A stretch of DNA of 64,000 nucleotides from contig WAOK01000001.1 in the NCBI GenBank assembly GCA_015521325.1, forward strand, positions 9,782-73,781, read 5' to 3'. A program made the translations under genes and the position numbers. Origin of the DNA: Desulfurococcales archaeon. GTDB taxonomy: Archaea; Thermoproteota; Thermoprotei_A; Sulfolobales; NBVN01. Shown piece by piece: positions 62,339-64,000 of the stretch (position 1 is its first letter; each line of letters opens with the position of its first letter). Under the pieces are notes generated by a model. The model did no database searches. It saw only the letters and a list, made by a program, of their open reading frames with translations, and was not told the DNA's origin.

Positions 62339-62593
62339 TCACTTTTTAACACTCTCAACAACTATCATGGTTGTTGTCTCTTGAATCTCCTTGATACTTC
62401 GTATGTCCTTCATGACCGTCTCCCTGAGCTTCTCGTATGAGTCAGCGAAGATCTTAGCGACTATATCGTACATGCCGTATACTTCGTATGCCTCTACAAC
62501 ACCTTCAACATTCATGAGCTTCTTGAGTACATCCCTCTCTGTTCCAACGTCTGTTTTGATTAAAACTATTGCATAAGGCAAGATAATACCCAA
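62339..62593 (-). CDS. stand-alone Lrp/AsnC-type RAM (ligand-binding) domain protein
   Basis: 84 aa. AIVLIKTDVGTERDVLKKLMNVEGVVEAYEVYGMYDIVAKI. No HTH present. Confidence 0.7.
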   Translation of the reverse strand: MGIILPYAIVLIKTDVGTERDVLKKLMNVEGVVEAYEVYGMYDIVAKIFADSYEKLRETVMKDIRSIKEIQETTTMIVVESVKK

Positions 62594-62689
62594 TAATACT
62601 TCATTAGAGTAACTTAATTATTATTACTGACCGCCGATGAGGAGCCTAGTAAGGCGCGAGGAGATGAGCGGTAACCAGGCTACCGAGGC

Positions 62690-63391
62690 GTGGGGTGGAG
62701 GAACGTGAGGTTCGAGGCGGGATGGTTAGTTCACGTACCGGGGCATGACTTCCCGTCGAAGTTTGGTGATATACTCAACCTCGCCGGGGTTGGTGCCTAT
62801 CTGACCTTGAAACCCGCGGTGATACCCGCCAAGATTAGGGGTACCACTAAGTTCATCGGAATCCCCTCGGGCTCTATCGTGACACCGCCTGGAAACGAAT
62901 TAGGTAAGGGTTCCATGAGGAGCTATGTCTTAGCTGATGATGCCTGGTTGGAGGTCAAGCCAATTGGTTTGCCTGGAGCTGTTGAGGAGGGTTGCCCCCT
63001 CTCTGAACTTGTTGGTACGGCTTCTCTCACAAGCGGGGTGAGCAGGTGTGAGATAAGGTGTTATCGTAATATTGAGGACCTAGATGCCGGGCTTAACAAG
63101 AGGCAGGTTGCTCTTGTATCTTTTGGTGACGAATTCGGTGTGTCAGGTATCCTAACGTACTTGTGGAGCACCCACCCTGTACTCTCTGGCCTAGGCCGCC
63201 GTGAGGTGTCGTGTAAGTGCTGGGACCCGGGATATCTAGGGAGGCTTGGCTACGTGAGTAAACCCCTTGTCTTCGTAGGTGATGTTGTGGTTGCTGCTGA
63301 AATCACACACAACAGGTCCTTCATCTTCTTCTGTGATTGTGCCAAAGGCGCAAGAACTCTGTACTTGAGGGCAATGATGTACTCGTGCTAG
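62690..63391 (+). CDS. hypothetical Cys-containing protein; weak dUTPase/dCTP-deaminase-like motif
   Basis: 233 aa. CWDPGYLGRLGYVSKPLVFVGDVVVAAEI loosely resembles iDPGyrG.i.l.l.n....v..G.riaQl. Otherwise unrecognised. Confidence 0.3.
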   Translation: MGWRNVRFEAGWLVHVPGHDFPSKFGDILNLAGVGAYLTLKPAVIPAKIRGTTKFIGIPSGSIVTPPGNELGKGSMRSYVLADDAWLEVKPIGLPGAVEEGCPLSELVGTASLTSGVSRCEIRCYRNIEDLDAGLNKRQVALVSFGDEFGVSGILTYLWSTHPVLSGLGRREVSCKCWDPGYLGRLGYVSKPLVFVGDVVVAAEITHNRSFIFFCDCAKGARTLYLRAMMYSC

Positions 63392-63400
63392 TGGAGAGGC

Positions 63401-64000
63401 CTAGATCAGTTTGTTCTGCCTCCTTCTCCTCGACTGGTGTTCTTCGCTCGTGCCTTTCGAGATTATCTCGTAAAGCCTCGCAATTTTCCCCGGTGCTGGC
63501 CTGAGCAACCTACCTAGTCTCTGAATGAATTGTCTCCGAGATCCTGTGCCAGCTATTATTATTCCGACTGAGGCATCCGGTATATCGATTCCCTCATCGC
63601 CCACGGTCGTCACGACCAGTACCCCACTCCTGACCCTCTTGAAACTCTCCAGTATAACTTTCCTCCTACTGGGCTCGGTCGACCCCGTGAGTAGAAAACC
63701 GCCTACCTCAGAGGCTATTCTCTTTGCGAGGTCAACGTACTGGGCGAACACTATTATCTTGGACCCTTTCTCAAGTTCCTCATTAATTATTTCAATAGTT
63801 TTCCTAACCTTGGCCTCGGACTGTTGTGCTATCTTTATCATCTCCTGATGCACCTTCAACGCTTCCCTCGCTCTCCTATCCCCTCTCCTCACTGCCTCAA
63901 GAACCTCCTCGAATGTTGAGGATCCCACGAGGGCCCTGTATTTTTTCCTTAGCTCATTGTAGCGCTTCTTTTCCTGGGGTGTGAGTTCCACCTTGATCGT
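63401..64000 (-). CDS. xpb: SF2 helicase, XPB/Rad25-like, C-terminal part (N-terminus beyond window end)
   Basis: Reading frame is open to position 64000 (..TIKVELTPQEKKRYNEL). Helicase C-domain motifs IIVFAQYV, VLVVTTVGDEGIDIP, GTGSRRQFIQRLGRLLR. Confidence 0.7.
   Translation of the reverse strand, partial: TIKVELTPQEKKRYNELRKKYRALVGSSTFEEVLEAVRRGDRRAREALKVHQEMIKIAQQSEAKVRKTIEIINEELEKGSKIIVFAQYVDLAKRIASEVGGFLLTGSTEPSRRKVILESFKRVRSGVLVVTTVGDEGIDIPDASVGIIIAGTGSRRQFIQRLGRLLRPAPGKIARLYEIISKGTSEEHQSRRRRQNKLI

Noticed and set aside
1-64000. CRISPR arrays, cas genes, transposases, integrases, toxin-antitoxin pairs, rRNA operons
   Set aside because: Reading through all intergenic gaps and ORF translations showed no regularly spaced direct repeats and no recognisable mobile-element or defence-gene motifs. 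The window is essentially core genome.

Overview
The window is a densely coding (about 90%), two-stranded core chromosomal segment from what I infer to be a hyperthermophilic crenarchaeon (Thermoprotei). The inference rests on gene content: reverse gyrase, thermosome, r-proteins S17e/S26e/S27e/L44e/L21e/L10e, RNAP subunits Rpo4/Rpo8/Rpo11, TFS and a PCNA-PriS-GINS string. Also present are ABCE1, aIF2-alpha/aIF5A/SRP54/Nop10/Pus10, FBP aldolase/phosphatase plus TIM, a tungsten-type AOR operon, IOR, CTP synthase, archaeal SAM synthetase, Nnr, Rio2, KsgA and Dph2. A contiguous UbiD-like/AcnX-large/AcnX-small trio belongs to the archaeal anhydromevalonate-phosphate mevalonate route. I found three tRNAs: Arg-GCG, plus Leu-CAG and Asp-GTC, each with an intron that folds into a canonical bulge-helix-bulge at position 37/38. 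I also found one textbook C/D box sRNA and a Nop10 gene, both absent from the ORF track. I saw no CRISPR array, transposase, integrase or rRNA. The most unusual locus is a four-gene minus-strand operon at 29.2-30.7 kb. It encodes a YqgF/RuvC-like RNase H-fold protein, a DUF134 HTH protein and two small proteins saturated with Trp/Gly/Arg/Pro/Tyr; one has 19 Trp in 92 aa, the other has a DUF5320-like layout. A possibly related oddity is a purine-rich triplet repeat at 6.7 kb that reads either as a 32-aa Glu/Trp peptide or as a 57-aa Lys/Arg peptide. Other candidates are listed below:
- a PD-(D/E)xK plus wHTH protein beside the replisome genes
- a TFS paralog that keeps only the N-terminal zinc ribbon
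- a HerA/DUF87 ATPase with an overlapping out-of-frame upstream ORF
- a (His-Glu)n repeat protein
- a tandem Sm-fold protein
- a frameshifted CPBP protease remnant next to tRNA-Arg
- perfect palindromes in the thermosome and clp1/ksgA promoters
All family assignments come from reading motifs by eye, not from database searches.
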